Source: Eledone cirrhosa (lineage: Eukaryota). From it: 20,311 nt of DNA. A program made the position numbers and the translations under genes. The notes below the pieces were generated by a model. The model was given only the letters and a program-made list of their open reading frames with translations. It made no database searches and was not told the origin of the DNA. Below, in pieces: positions 9,682 through 20,077 of this stretch (positions are counted from its first letter, which is position 1; each line of letters starts with the position of its first letter). The DNA is taken from positions 1 through 20,311 of the forward strand of contig CAXHJY010001061.1 in the NCBI GenBank assembly GCA_964016885.1. Direction: 5' to 3'.

Positions 9682-11192
9682 GAGATAAGTTTAATTGATA
9701 GCACAGGAAAAATAATTATTTCCCACTGAAATCGTTGGGTGGATGGGTTATGTCCCAAGATTTGAAAGAATTTTTCTTCAAATTTTTCATTGTTTCCATT
9801 CACAATTTTTTAAATTGTCATTTTATTTTTATTTTGTGTAAATTCTGCTTGTCAAAAGTTAGTTCCATTTTAAAATCCTGTCATATCTAAACAACAGACA
9901 TAGGTGCCTCGAATTTAGTGTTTCGTGTCATCCTTCTCACATTAAATACCAGTAATATACTTTCACGGAATCATTTATATATATTCCTTTCTCCACCAAC
10001 GAACGAATATATGTGCGTGTGTACACACACACACATATATGGTCTTGTATTGAAAAAGCTATGGCTAAATATATACAGGAATAAACTTAGATAAAAGGCT
10101 GGATAGCTAAATAATTAGATTTTAAAAAATCAGTATATTTATTTGGGGATTTATTTCTATTTTCGAAGGTAAAAAATAAAAACACTTCTGGATAAATCAT
10201 AGAAATTTAATAAAATTACTTAATATTAAGAATAAAGTATTAATGAACGCCAGTAAAACTTAATTTTACCTTTAAACCCCCCCCCCCCCCCCCCAAGATA
10301 AACAATTTGAACAGGGAGGCTGTGAAAAGATTAAAAAAACAAACAATTTAGCCAAAAGAATTTATTTTTAAAATGGATGTATAGAATAAGTAAAGAATTT
10401 AAATGAATCGAAGAAAAAAATAATTAATATTTATTTCACTGTTGATGGACCCATAAAAAAAAAAATAGAACGGGAAATTATTATTGTCACAAAATAAATA
10501 TTTTGGATATTGGATGGAAAATAATTGGTGATTAAATTGTTGCCAAAAGCAATTAAGGACTTATAGTAGAAAATAGAGGTAAAACAGTTATTAAGGCATT
10601 TTGATAAAATATTAGAAAGAAAAATGATGAGTGAGAGAAAGATAAAGATAAAAGAAGGAGAAAGAGAGATTGGAGCCTGGTTGAGAAACTAAAAAGTTGT
10701 CAAGTAATTCGAGCTTATTTTGGAAGGGTGTACAGATATTAACTAGTATGTATGAGTGTGTAGACATCCGGCCTCCTCCTCCGCACTCTAAGACAATTTC
10801 TTCTCAAGTTCAGTTCCTGCAAAGGAGACGGCGAAAGTGGGTGGCAATTAGACAGACGTCGGACAGAATTATACAATTGGAAATTTTGTTATTAATTCCG
10901 ACGTTTATTAACGTGTCTATGTGTGTATCGTGGATTTATTTCTATGTATTTCCAAAAGGGACTGTTTTTTAAAGAGAAGAAATAAGAAGGGGTCTTTGAA
11001 ATCTAACGATAATTCCTCGCACAACCTAACAGTTGAATCAATGGAATTAAAGAAAGAAATGAAAAAAATAAAATAAATAAATAATTAAGAAAAAAAGTTT
11101 TATTCCAAACCAAACTTCTAAAAATAAGCTGAAGACGACAGAATTACCAACGTATTATTCTGATGCTGTTAATACTTTGGAAGCCTTAAATT

Positions 11193-11514
11193 ATGGCTGT
11201 AGAGAAAAGAGGTAAATATTTTGCTGGAGATAATAGCCCCAAAGAAATTGATGGCATTTGTGTAGTTGGTATCAAGGTAATGGAGACAACGGATGATAAC
11301 AACCGTATTTACAGACACAGTGGACATTTTACAAAGAATTCCAGTCGGTTACCTCATATATTGATGTCTTGGATTCTGATATTTTCCATCATATGTATGC
11401 TGTCCACACAAGTACATGCTATAAGTTCCCGCTATCGCCAACACCGAAAACATCGTCTCCAAATCCCAAAACACAAAGACCGACGCCCTGCTGCGCCTTT
11501 ACATGGAGTTGATG
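11193..11514 (+). CDS. First coding exon of a secreted TSPN/laminin-G-like domain protein: signal peptide plus basic segment
   Basis: In-frame ATGs at 11193, 11280 and 11364. MSWILIFSIICMLSTQVHA is a signal-peptide-like stretch. Donor G|GTAAGA at 11514/11515 (phase 1) matches the phase of the acceptor at 18596. The true start is uncertain. Confidence 0.75.
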
Positions 11515-11754
11515 GTAAGATATATTTGATAGATATACTTTCTTTTAATCAATGTCATCAATACGGGTCTAAAAGCAATATATTATTGCATTTTAGACTC
11601 ACATAGGCTTAAATAGAAAAGTATTATTGTACGAGTTCACATTATGTCATTAGTCAACACGCCAAACAATAAATGGGACTGGATATTTAATTAATAAATT
11701 ATATTAGAAAAGAACAAAACACTTTTTCAAAGTTGTATTCTACAGTTGTTAATT

Positions 11755-11912
11755 AACATCCCTTTATATTCTGAATTCAAATCCTGCTGAGATTAGCTTT
11801 ACCTTTCATCCTTACGGGGTTGATAAAATAAAGTACCTGTAACGCACTGGGATCGATTTAATTGACTTTCCCCTCCCACCAAAATTGTTGGCCTAATTCA
11901 GAAACAATTATT
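11755..11912 (+). mobile_element. SINE family B, 5'-truncated
   Basis: B-box-like GAATTCAAATCC, CTTTCATCCTTACGGGGTTGATAAAATAAAGTACC, tail GAAACAATTATT. Confidence 0.85.
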
Positions 11913-12479
11913 GTCGGAGTTCATTCATTTAATTTCAAAACATGAGTTTTCATTAAAAAAATATTATTGTAAACATTTGTTTGTGTTTTCTTAACATCCT
12001 CGAAAATCGATCAATTTTCCATTCATATTCTATTGAACATTTGGCATATTTTGACCAGTCACAAATTTCATTTGGTAAAGGTTTTGAATACTAGTTGACT
12101 AAGAAACAAATTTATAAATATGAGTCACAAAACCTCGACCCCCACAGCAGGGAACAAAGGTATTACCTCTGAAATTGTTTGAAGTAATCCAAAACATTCG
12201 ATGTAGTATTTCAGGTGATAATGCTGCAATAACCAAGAACCCTTATTAGTGTCACCTGATATTTTACTAAGATGACAAAAAACTTGGTTGTCGGGCGGCT
12301 ATGCAACAGCATTTAAGATATGTTTTTTAACATATGCTAAAAAGTGATTCACAGAACGTCCCATATGAAGAATATGAGGGATCTACCTCTAATCCAGAGA
12401 CAGTCGACCCCGGACAATCCGACTGGCTCCAGAATGGCGGGTGAGGAATATTAGCTCAGTCTAGAGCTCGTTTTATAAT

Positions 12480-12626
12480 TAAATTCAATTCACCGCCGAG
12501 GTTAGCTTCGCCTTTCATCCTTACGGAGGGTCGATAAATTAAACTACCAGTAATGCACTGGGGTCAATTTAATCGATTTTCCTTTCCGCCCCAAATTGTT
12601 GGCCTTCTAAATCAGAAACCATAATT
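12480..12626 (+). mobile_element. SINE family B, 5'-truncated
   Basis: CCGCCGAGGTTAGCTTCGCCTTTCATCCTTACGG..GTCGATAAA..TACCAGTAATGCACTGGGGTC..AGAAACCATAATT. Confidence 0.85.
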
Positions 12627-13758
12627 AAGTTCATTTCTGTGTGACGAACGAAGTGACTTGTATTCAATTGACATGACATTTCGAGGTAATACTGTAAATA
12701 ATTTAGGTTGTTTCAAACATGTTTAGATAGAGAACAACCCCGTTATACCCTGCTGTTATGTGTGGTTGACGGAGTTATGTTTTGGTTTTGTTTGTCTCTT
12801 TTTCTCACTCATCCATTGATTTGTTCCTTTTGTAAATCATATCCATTTTACGGTCTTTATTTTATTTGTCTCGGAAAGATTATGTATATTTGTTTGTCGT
12901 GATAGTTTATACAGTTATTGAATTAATGACAATAGCAGCAAAACTGCTGAAATAACAAGGCTATCTATAAATAGTTTCAGGCTTTAGATCTTTAGATATA
13001 TTCGACTTTTAACTCTTTGATTCATTGGTTTTGTTCGCTTATTTATTTGTATAATCTAGAAATCGTACGTTCGATCCTTGTTGAAGGATTCTATAAGACA
13101 ACTGGAAATAACACTATAAACGATTATAAAAATAATTGTTAAGGAGAATTAAGGTTGGCGTATTTCCACAAGTAGTTTTATAATGTTGACACCAATTATT
13201 TATTATTTTAAAGGAATTTTTGAAAATATTTCTGACCATCGATATTATTGTGAACTCTCTTTCATTGTCAAATATCACACATGCTTCTTGGGCATGTTTT
13301 CTTTAGTAAACTTGGCTTCTCAAAACTTCTTCATAATTACAAATTCATTGCAATCTACCATTTTGGTTTTTCTTTTTACCATCCACACTATGTCTCTCCC
13401 TCTTTTCCAACATATACTAATTATACAATTTCAAAACATTCTCTACAAATGCTAATCCTAAAAATATCCTGTTCTGTTTAGCTGTTCATAGAGAGAACTA
13501 AAACTACTTTACAGCCAGCTGTTAAGACTAAAAGGCGCAACTGTCCGACAGAAATTTTCTTCACACAGCTATGTATGAAATACATTTAACATATAACTTG
13601 ATCAAATCTAAGGAAAATCATCTCTGATTGTAAAAATTCCAACTCCAAATCTTTCCAACCATTAGTTCATGTTCAACCTGGATGGTTTAGTCTCTTTTAC
13701 GTCTATTTTGATTGCTACAACTGCATTTCCCCACTACCTCTTTTGCAGCATTGTTATG

Positions 13759-13849
13759 AAGTACCAGTAATGTACTGAATAATTGCTGGCCTTGTGCGTA
13801 AAGTAGAAACAATTATTATGACTTGCCAAACGTAGAAACAATTATTATG
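13759..13849 (+). mobile_element. SINE family B 3' fragment with duplicated tail
   Basis: AAGTACCAGTAATGTACTG..GCTGGCCTTGTGC. GTAGAAACAATTATTATG occurs at both 13803 and 13832. Confidence 0.8.
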
Positions 13850-14123
13850 GCTTGGAGTAGGGCTGCTAAATTAAATTTAATTTCATAGCTAGATATATTG
13901 TGGTTTATCGGTAAAATTTGAGAAAAAAAACGGGATTAGCTAGAAATATGGTTGTGAGAAATGCGTTTATTTTTTAAAATTATTATTTTAACAGAAACAA
14001 TCTGTATTAATACAGATTCTTTATTTTATTTTAATAAAGAGGTCTGCGGAAACGTATTTAGCTTACTTTATAAGTTATTGTATATCAATGATTGAAGTAG
14101 AAAGGCCTGACTCACCAATATTT

Positions 14124-14445
14124 GAGGTTCATGCCATTCATCCTTACGGGGTCGATAAAATAAAGTACCAGTTAAGCAATGGGGGTGATTGTAGGTCTTG
14201 TGCCTAAATCAGAAACCATTATTTTGACTTTGCCTTTCATCCTTACAGGGTCGATAAAATAAAGTACCAGTAATGCACTGAGTAATTGCAGGCCTTGTGC
14301 CTAAAGTAGAAACAATTATTATAAGCTGATATTATTTTTATAACAAGGTTAACTTTGACTTTCATCCTCACGGGGTCGATAAAATAAAGTACCAGTAATG
14401 TACTAGATAATTGCTGGCCTTGTGCCTCAAGTAGAAACAATTATT
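14124..14445 (+). mobile_element. Three head-to-tail headless SINE family B copies (14124-14223, 14224-14320, 14346-14445)
   Basis: Each copy has TTCATCCT..GGGTCGATAAAATAAAGTACCAGT..CTTGTGCCT..AGAAAC.ATTATT. Confidence 0.9.
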
Positions 14446-14699
14446 TTTATAACTTATCAACCTTTGTCAGAATTCAGAATTGCAGTGATGTTTATTGTGC
14501 CTTATTAAAACGAAACTTTATACATAAAATATCATTTAGAGGCTTCAGTTTCATTCTATTCTTTAACTTCTATTTAGTATTATTTCATGCATTGGAGTAT
14601 AGCAGTATCAAAGTTGAAATAACACACTTTGTAGAGTCTTTAAAGGAATTGTACATAGTAGCATCTATATATTTATAAAGTTTAGCATCTGTTCTCATC

Positions 14700-14960
14700 A
14701 TCATTCTACCCCACCCACTCTAAGGTCACCACCACACCTTCCTTCTCTTACATCCACCACAGTTGTCAAACACCCACGACATATTTTCTCTCCACTCTTC
14801 CTCCTTCACATCATCCCCTAAATACCATCGCACTTGTCATACATCATGACACCATACTTGACATCCTCCCTTCTTACCCATCCACCCCATTATCACCCAC
14901 CCACCCCATTATCACCCACCCATTGTCACTCACCCTACTGTCTCTCTCTTCCACACTGAC
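14700..14960. repeat. C/A-rich, G-poor low-complexity tract with a 19-bp tandem duplication (14882-14919)
   Basis: CCACCCCATTATCACCCAC x2; very few G on the + strand. Confidence 0.75.
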
Positions 14961-15171
14961 TTAATATTTTAGTCATCAAAAATAAATGATTGTATCAAAC
15001 TGTCAAACGAATCCTTTTTTTTCTCTTTTTTTTCTTCTTTTTGCTGCACTCATTTCTGAAATTATATTGTAGCAACTTAACTAAGGTAGGAAATATACTG
15101 TGTGTGTGTTTGTAAATTTTAAATAGTTACATATGAAGATATATATGTATAAATATATACATACACAAATA

Positions 15172-16420
15172 CACCTGCACATTGAATTCTTCATTAAACT
15201 CATTACCTGCTTTGCTGATAGCTCCTATCTACACAGCTTGCATTGCCCTCACAAACCATTCTTCTATGCCTAGATTCCTTAAAGATCACCAGATGATAAA
15301 CCATGGTACTCTGTTAAAAGCCTTCTCCAGATCATTGAAAGCTAGATTTAGTGGTTTACACTTAGATAGGAACTTCTCTTGTAGTTGTCTCAATAAGAAG
15401 AGAGCATCTGTGGTGCTACTCCCTGGCACAAAACCAAACTGCATCTCATTTAATTTGGCTTTATTCCTAATTACTTGTGCTAAAACTCTTTCTGTCACTT
15501 TCATAACTTGGTCCATCAGTTTTATTGCTCCATTCTAATCCATCACCTTTTCCTTTGCAGCAATTAATGAGTATGTTGCTGCACCAGTCATTGGGTATGA
15601 CCCCGTCCTGTATTACCTGATTGACTTTGCAAGTGACTAATTTGACTCCTACTTCCCCAAAAGAATTGAACATCTCAGCAACTATCCCTGATGGACTGAT
15701 GCTTTTACCATGTTTCATCTCCTTCATTGTTTCTTTGACCCTATAACTGCCAATTTCAATAGCTGGTCCCTTTGTTGAGTCAGCTGGGAATAGACTCTTC
15801 CTTCCTCTCATAGCATTTCCAGGTCTCTTTGTTTTGAGCATCAGTGATGCTAAGTGCACCAATGTTGAACACACTTTTTCCCCAACAACTGGTTTTCACT
15901 GACACTGGTTTGCGATACGGAACACCTCATATGGCAAGACATTGGAAAACTTCCTGCTTTTAGCTTCTTTGTGGGCTATGTATATCTGTCATCTAATTTC
16001 TCTTTTAGCTACGTGGTACTGATCTTTGCTGCTCTCATCTTTCCTGTCTTTACATGCCTATTTCTTGGCTTTAATAACTCTATCCACTGTGCTGTTCCAC
16101 TACCAGGTCACCCTCTTTCTGGCCAATACTTTGCTCCAGCCACAAGTCTCCTCTGTAGCCTGTTGCAGGTTGTCATGTAGAAACTTCCAGTTGTCCTTCT
16201 TAATGCTGTATGCATCAGCCCCCCCCCCCCCCCCCCGCCATGCATCATATAGAGCCTTTCTGTACCCTATATTTAACAGAGAAGTCCTTTAGCTTCCATA
16301 CACTCCCTTTTCAGATTTTCCTGCATCTCTTATTCCATCTTGTGATTATTCTGATGTCACTAATAACTAACTTATGTTGGTGGTGCATTCTTCTCAGGGG
16401 AAGGACTTAACATTTAAAAC
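15172..16420 (-). mobile_element. Decayed internal RTE-clade LINE fragment (linker and N-terminal RT motifs), antisense in the intron
   Basis: Minus-strand translations MKHGKSISPSGIVAEM..IPNDW..CKGKGD and MKVTERVL..QFGFVPGSSTTDALFLLRQLQEK..AFNDLEKAFNRVP match non-LTR RT motifs (QxGF..G.ST.D, DLEKAFD) of RTE type. Many frameshifts. The upper boundary is approximate. Confidence 0.9.
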
Positions 16421-16459
16421 CATCTGCCTATCCCATTTTCTGACAAGTAAAAATATAAT

Positions 16460-16477
16460 TGTGTGTGTGTGTGCATC

Positions 16478-16514
<37 letters not shown>

Positions 16515-16525
16515 GTGTATGTGTG

Positions 16526-16570
<45 letters not shown>
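16460..16570. repeat. Compound (GT)n/(TA)n/(CA)n microsatellite
   Basis: Read directly. Confidence 0.95.
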
Positions 16571-16572
<2 letters not shown>

Positions 16573-17042
16573 CAAGAATAAACAAAACAAACATGCAAGA
16601 ACACAATCTTAATGTGTGTGTAAGTGTGTATAAATATATATACATATATGCATATATGCACATACACTAACTTATATCTTAGAAAGTTGTTTCCACCCTT
16701 TTCCCCTCTCTCTCTTCCTTACTCTTTCATCATCCCTTCCCCTATTTATTAGTCATAAATGGATGTAAACTTTAGAGTTACAATAGGAATTACATATAAA
16801 TAAGTTAACACCCATGCCAGGTGGAATATTGTTTTAAGTTTGAAGGTTTCGTTTATTTTAAATCGGAATGGGGTGGTGGTGATGTAATAAGTATTTTGCC
16901 ATTTTTTTTTTTTTTAAAATGATCCACAAGACCCCAGACCTTACCAAGTGGGCGTGGAACTTATCAAATTGGACCTAGGAAACAATGTTTCCATTGGTCT
17001 TTCCATTACTGACACGCTCTACTGGTCACAGCTCCTGGCAGA

Positions 17043-17135
17043 AGGAGCAATGTGAAATAATGCATCAGTCTGGGGAATTGAACTCGCAACTTCATGATTG
17101 TGAATTCAATTTTTTAACCACTTTGCCACACTGCT
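17043..17135 (-). mobile_element. Degenerate tRNA-derived SINE head related to the 4021 SINE
   Basis: Reverse complement has TGGCAAAGTGGTTA (A box), GAGTTCAATTCC (B box) and TTATTTCACATTGCTCC, which is shared with ~4117-4133. Confidence 0.7.
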
Positions 17136-17169
17136 TCACTGCCATTTCTAATATGTATTATTTGATATT

Positions 17170-17172
<3 letters not shown>

Positions 17173-17203
<31 letters not shown>
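17173..17203. repeat. (TA)n microsatellite
   Basis: Read directly. Confidence 0.95.
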
Positions 17204-17205
<2 letters not shown>

Positions 17206-17207
17206 CT

Positions 17208-17300
17208 CTCTGGGTTCAAATCCCACTGAGGTCAACTTTGTCTTTCATCAATTCAAGGTTGATAAAAAAAAAAGTACCAGTCTCGTACTGGGGTCGATTC
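17208..17300 (+). mobile_element. SINE family B internal fragment
   Basis: GGGTTCAAATCCCACTGAGGTCAACTTTGTCTTTCATC..GATAAA..AGTACCAGT..ACTGGGGTCGAT. Confidence 0.8.
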
Positions 17301-17766
17301 TACCTCTATATCTCTTTCTCACTTCCATTCTCCCACCCTTTCTATCCCCTGGAAGAAATCTGCTATACTCAGACCTAGAGAGGTTTTAAAAGCTCCCTAG
17401 AAATGCCCTATGTTAATATGGCGCCCCTGCAACTCCCTTAGGAGCTACGGGACAATGCCATTCCAAATATATATCATTTAAATATACTTTATACTTCCAA
17501 AAATACTACATGTAACAAAATCCAATACAGTACATTGCTATCAATCTTCTTAGTTTCAATGATTAACTGAGAAAGTCGGCTCACTTTAGGCGAGAGAAAG
17601 ATAAATAAGAGCCAATTTGGCCTACTTGCATATTGGTATAGACTGCTAACTAACCCCTACTTCAACTCTGCACTGGTTACAAGCACAGTTGAGCAAGCTG
17701 CAAGAGTAATGTTGTCATTAATTTGACATGAAAATTTGATATTTATTAGCTTTTATTTATGAAAAC

Positions 17767-17953
17767 ATTGGCTGTAATCGGTAGAGCGCTGGACAACATG
17801 CTTTGCATCATATAGTTACGTCCCTTTACACTCTGAATTCAAATTCCGCTAAGGTTAACGTTGCCTTTCACCCTTATAGATGAAATTAAGTACCAGTAAT
17901 GTAGTGGTGTTTATTTAATTTATTGGCTTTGTACCTAAATGAGAAACCATTAT
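17767..17953 (+). mobile_element. SINE family B, near full length, diverged
   Basis: TTGGCTGTAATCGGTAGAG..AGTTACGTCCCTTTAC..GAATTCAAATTCC..TTGCCTTTCA..AGTACCAGTAATG..AGAAACCATTAT. Confidence 0.82.
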
Positions 17954-18342
17954 ATAGTCAGCAGAATAAATCATTAACTGTATAAATGACACAAGGCTTT
18001 CAGTTGATTATATAACAAATAGTATGAAAAACCAAGACTTAATAATTTAAACTTCTCTCATGACTTGCTCAGTTCTATTACTTGACAACAATTGTCATTG
18101 TTAGATCTAGAAATGCTGTTATTAATAGCAAATTGAAGGTGTTGAAAGATTAGTAAACTTGTGACCTTTTTTGAAGACCAAATCATCATTCATCAGAGTG
18201 TGTGAGTTGTGTGATTTTTAACCTTTGTCAGTCAGAAGTTTATAAAGAATTAAGGATTTACTAGTTTTCTTGTATTTTGAAGTAGTTAGTAATATTATTT
18301 TTAAACAAGTGACATAAAAAACTATTATTAAGAAATAAAGGG

Positions 18343-18466
18343 TTGTGGATTGGCAGTATCAGTAGAAGGTCAGACACCATGCTTTGCAGTATAGAGTTAT
18401 GGCCCTTTACGTTCCGAGTTCAAATACTGCCGGTGTTGACTTGTGCCAAAAGTAGAAACAATTATT
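18343..18466 (+). mobile_element. SINE family B with the central body deleted (head joined directly to tail)
   Basis: Head TTGTGGATTGGCAGTATC..GAGTTCAAATAC matches the 8816-9002 copy, then jumps at GTTGAC|TTGTGCC to the tail AGTAGAAACAATTATT. Confidence 0.82.
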
Positions 18467-18596
18467 AAAAAACATAATTTTTCAAATTCAAGAGTATTAG
18501 TACAAAATTTGCTGTTTATGAAATTATATTTGTCACTCGGAATTTTAACTTTGCTGGGACTCTGAAAACAGTGATTTTTATTCCTTATTCTTTCAG

Positions 18597-19141
18597 GGAT
18601 TGATATTATCAAAGAAATTGAGAGGAACTCTGTGAACCAGACAGTGAGAAGAGTATCTTTGAGAGCGGTGCAGTTAACAGAAGGTTTTCATGGCAGAATA
18701 AGTCGAAAGACAATGAAGAGTCTTCTGAGGAAATCTAGCAGAACATTTTCTTTATTGTTGTATGGTGATGTTTCAGCAAGTGATGGGATACAAGCCACAT
18801 TAATAAGTGTACATTCTGAAGGAAGAGAATTACCGTTGTTACAGGTGTTGTTAGACACTTTAAACCAGTCTTTAGTTGTGCGATATCAAGGTGAAAGATC
18901 TTATCAACGTATTAATATTCATGGATTAATTCCTATCATGTCTGAAGATATATCTGAAATTCAATCCAGTCTGAAGAGTCATTGGGATCAGTTGCTCTTT
19001 ACCTTTGGTCTTAATGAATTACGTATTGTGGTTGACTGCTTCCCAGAAAAAATTATTCCACTGCGTCAGAAAATGGGTATTTTTGATGGTCATAAGTTAT
19101 TTTTCTTTGGCCACAGTAAAAGGAAGAAAAATTATTTAAAG
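18597..19141 (+). CDS. Second coding exon: thrombospondin N-terminal (TSPN)/laminin-G-like domain
   Basis: Acceptor TTCCTTATTCTTTCAG|GG at 18596/18597 (phase 1) and donor AAG|GTTTGT at 19141/19142 (phase 0). 545-bp stop-free frame in AT-rich DNA: IDII..FSLLL..ATLISV..LVVRY..HWDQLLF..LRIVVDC..FFG..YLK fits the TSPN pattern (W..l.l....l.vDC, then fxG). Confidence 0.85.
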
Positions 19142-19630
19142 GTTTGTAATTGTTTGAATAAATTGTATTTTGTTAATTGTAGATATTGTATATTTGGTTG
19201 TACTTTGGGTTTAGCAATTTAAGAGATATTTGGAAAGGTTTATTAACATATTGTAAAGGTAAAAATAGAATAAGGATAAGGAGTTACAGGACCATGCAAT
19301 TCCTTCACAAGTTATTCCTTGTCTAAACAACTTACAGTTGAGTTACTTCTTCATTTAGTCTTGTTATAATTCTTTGTTAGATGATTTTTAGTTGTAGCTT
19401 TGTCACATAACACATTAGGCTTATGGTTCTATACTGTGTGTAGTTGTCAGCTTTTGACTTCTTTCTGTTAATGTATAATAAAATGAGATTTGTAACTCTT
19501 TTGTAACATTTCCTGTCAGTTATTGGGGGATGATGTTATAGGTTTAGTTTTATTACCTTTTTTGTATAAAAATCGTTGTAATTTAATTGTTGCTATTTAA
19601 ATTGAAGTAATATGTATGTTTATTTCTCAG

Positions 19631-19697
19631 GGTTTGGTTTATAAGGCAAAGCTTTACAATCATATCATTAAAGGATTTCCTTGGATTTGCCCCAAAG
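19631..19697 (+). CDS. Third coding exon (GLVYKAKLYNHIIKGFPWICPK), completing the TSPN-like domain
   Basis: Acceptor TATTTCTCAG|G at 19630/19631 (phase 0, matches exon 2) and donor AAG|GTAGGA at 19697/19698 (phase 1). Supplies the G and the final Cys expected to pair with the VDC cysteine. Confidence 0.75.
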
Positions 19698-19799
19698 GTA
19701 GGACATTACTTCATATAATTTGTTATAAATGTATTTCAACTATTTAGAGTGTGAAAAATTGTGAGGCTGATAATTTATGGTTGATGACATCTAGTAAGC

Positions 19800-19843
19800 G
19801 ATATACAGTTGGATTTCACAACAGATATACAGTTGGATTTCAC
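19800..19843. repeat. Tandem duplication, 24-bp period
   Basis: GATATACAGTTGGATTTCAC at 19800 and 19824. Confidence 0.9.
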
Positions 19844-20077
19844 GACACTTGTCAATGCTGGATTGAATATGAGAACTTTGGATATTTCTTACTGTAGTAG
19901 AACTGATGTTAAATGTAAAGATGAATTATATATACAGCACAAATAGCTATGGGTTGAGACACTCTATAGTTAATGTAAATTGACATAAGAAAAGTAACAA
20001 TTCAAATGGGGACCTTACCAGAGAAAGGCCCAACAATTTGAAAATGGCTCAGATTGATGTAGGCTATATTTTGGTGA

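Noticed and set aside
10697-10972. 91-aa ORF or defined core promoter upstream of exon 1
   Set aside because: It has a non-ATG start and no recognisable domain. The region is plausibly promoter or 5' UTR, but no TSS or element can be fixed from sequence alone.
16374-17389. ORFs with YIYIYI or CVCV runs
   Set aside because: These are translations of (TA)n and (GT)n microsatellites and SINE fragments.
19142-19222. Cys-rich C-terminal tail of ORF 18632..19222 (VCNCLNK..CRYC)
   Set aside because: It is read-through past the AAG|GT donor into T-rich intron sequence; exon 3 provides the better domain continuation.
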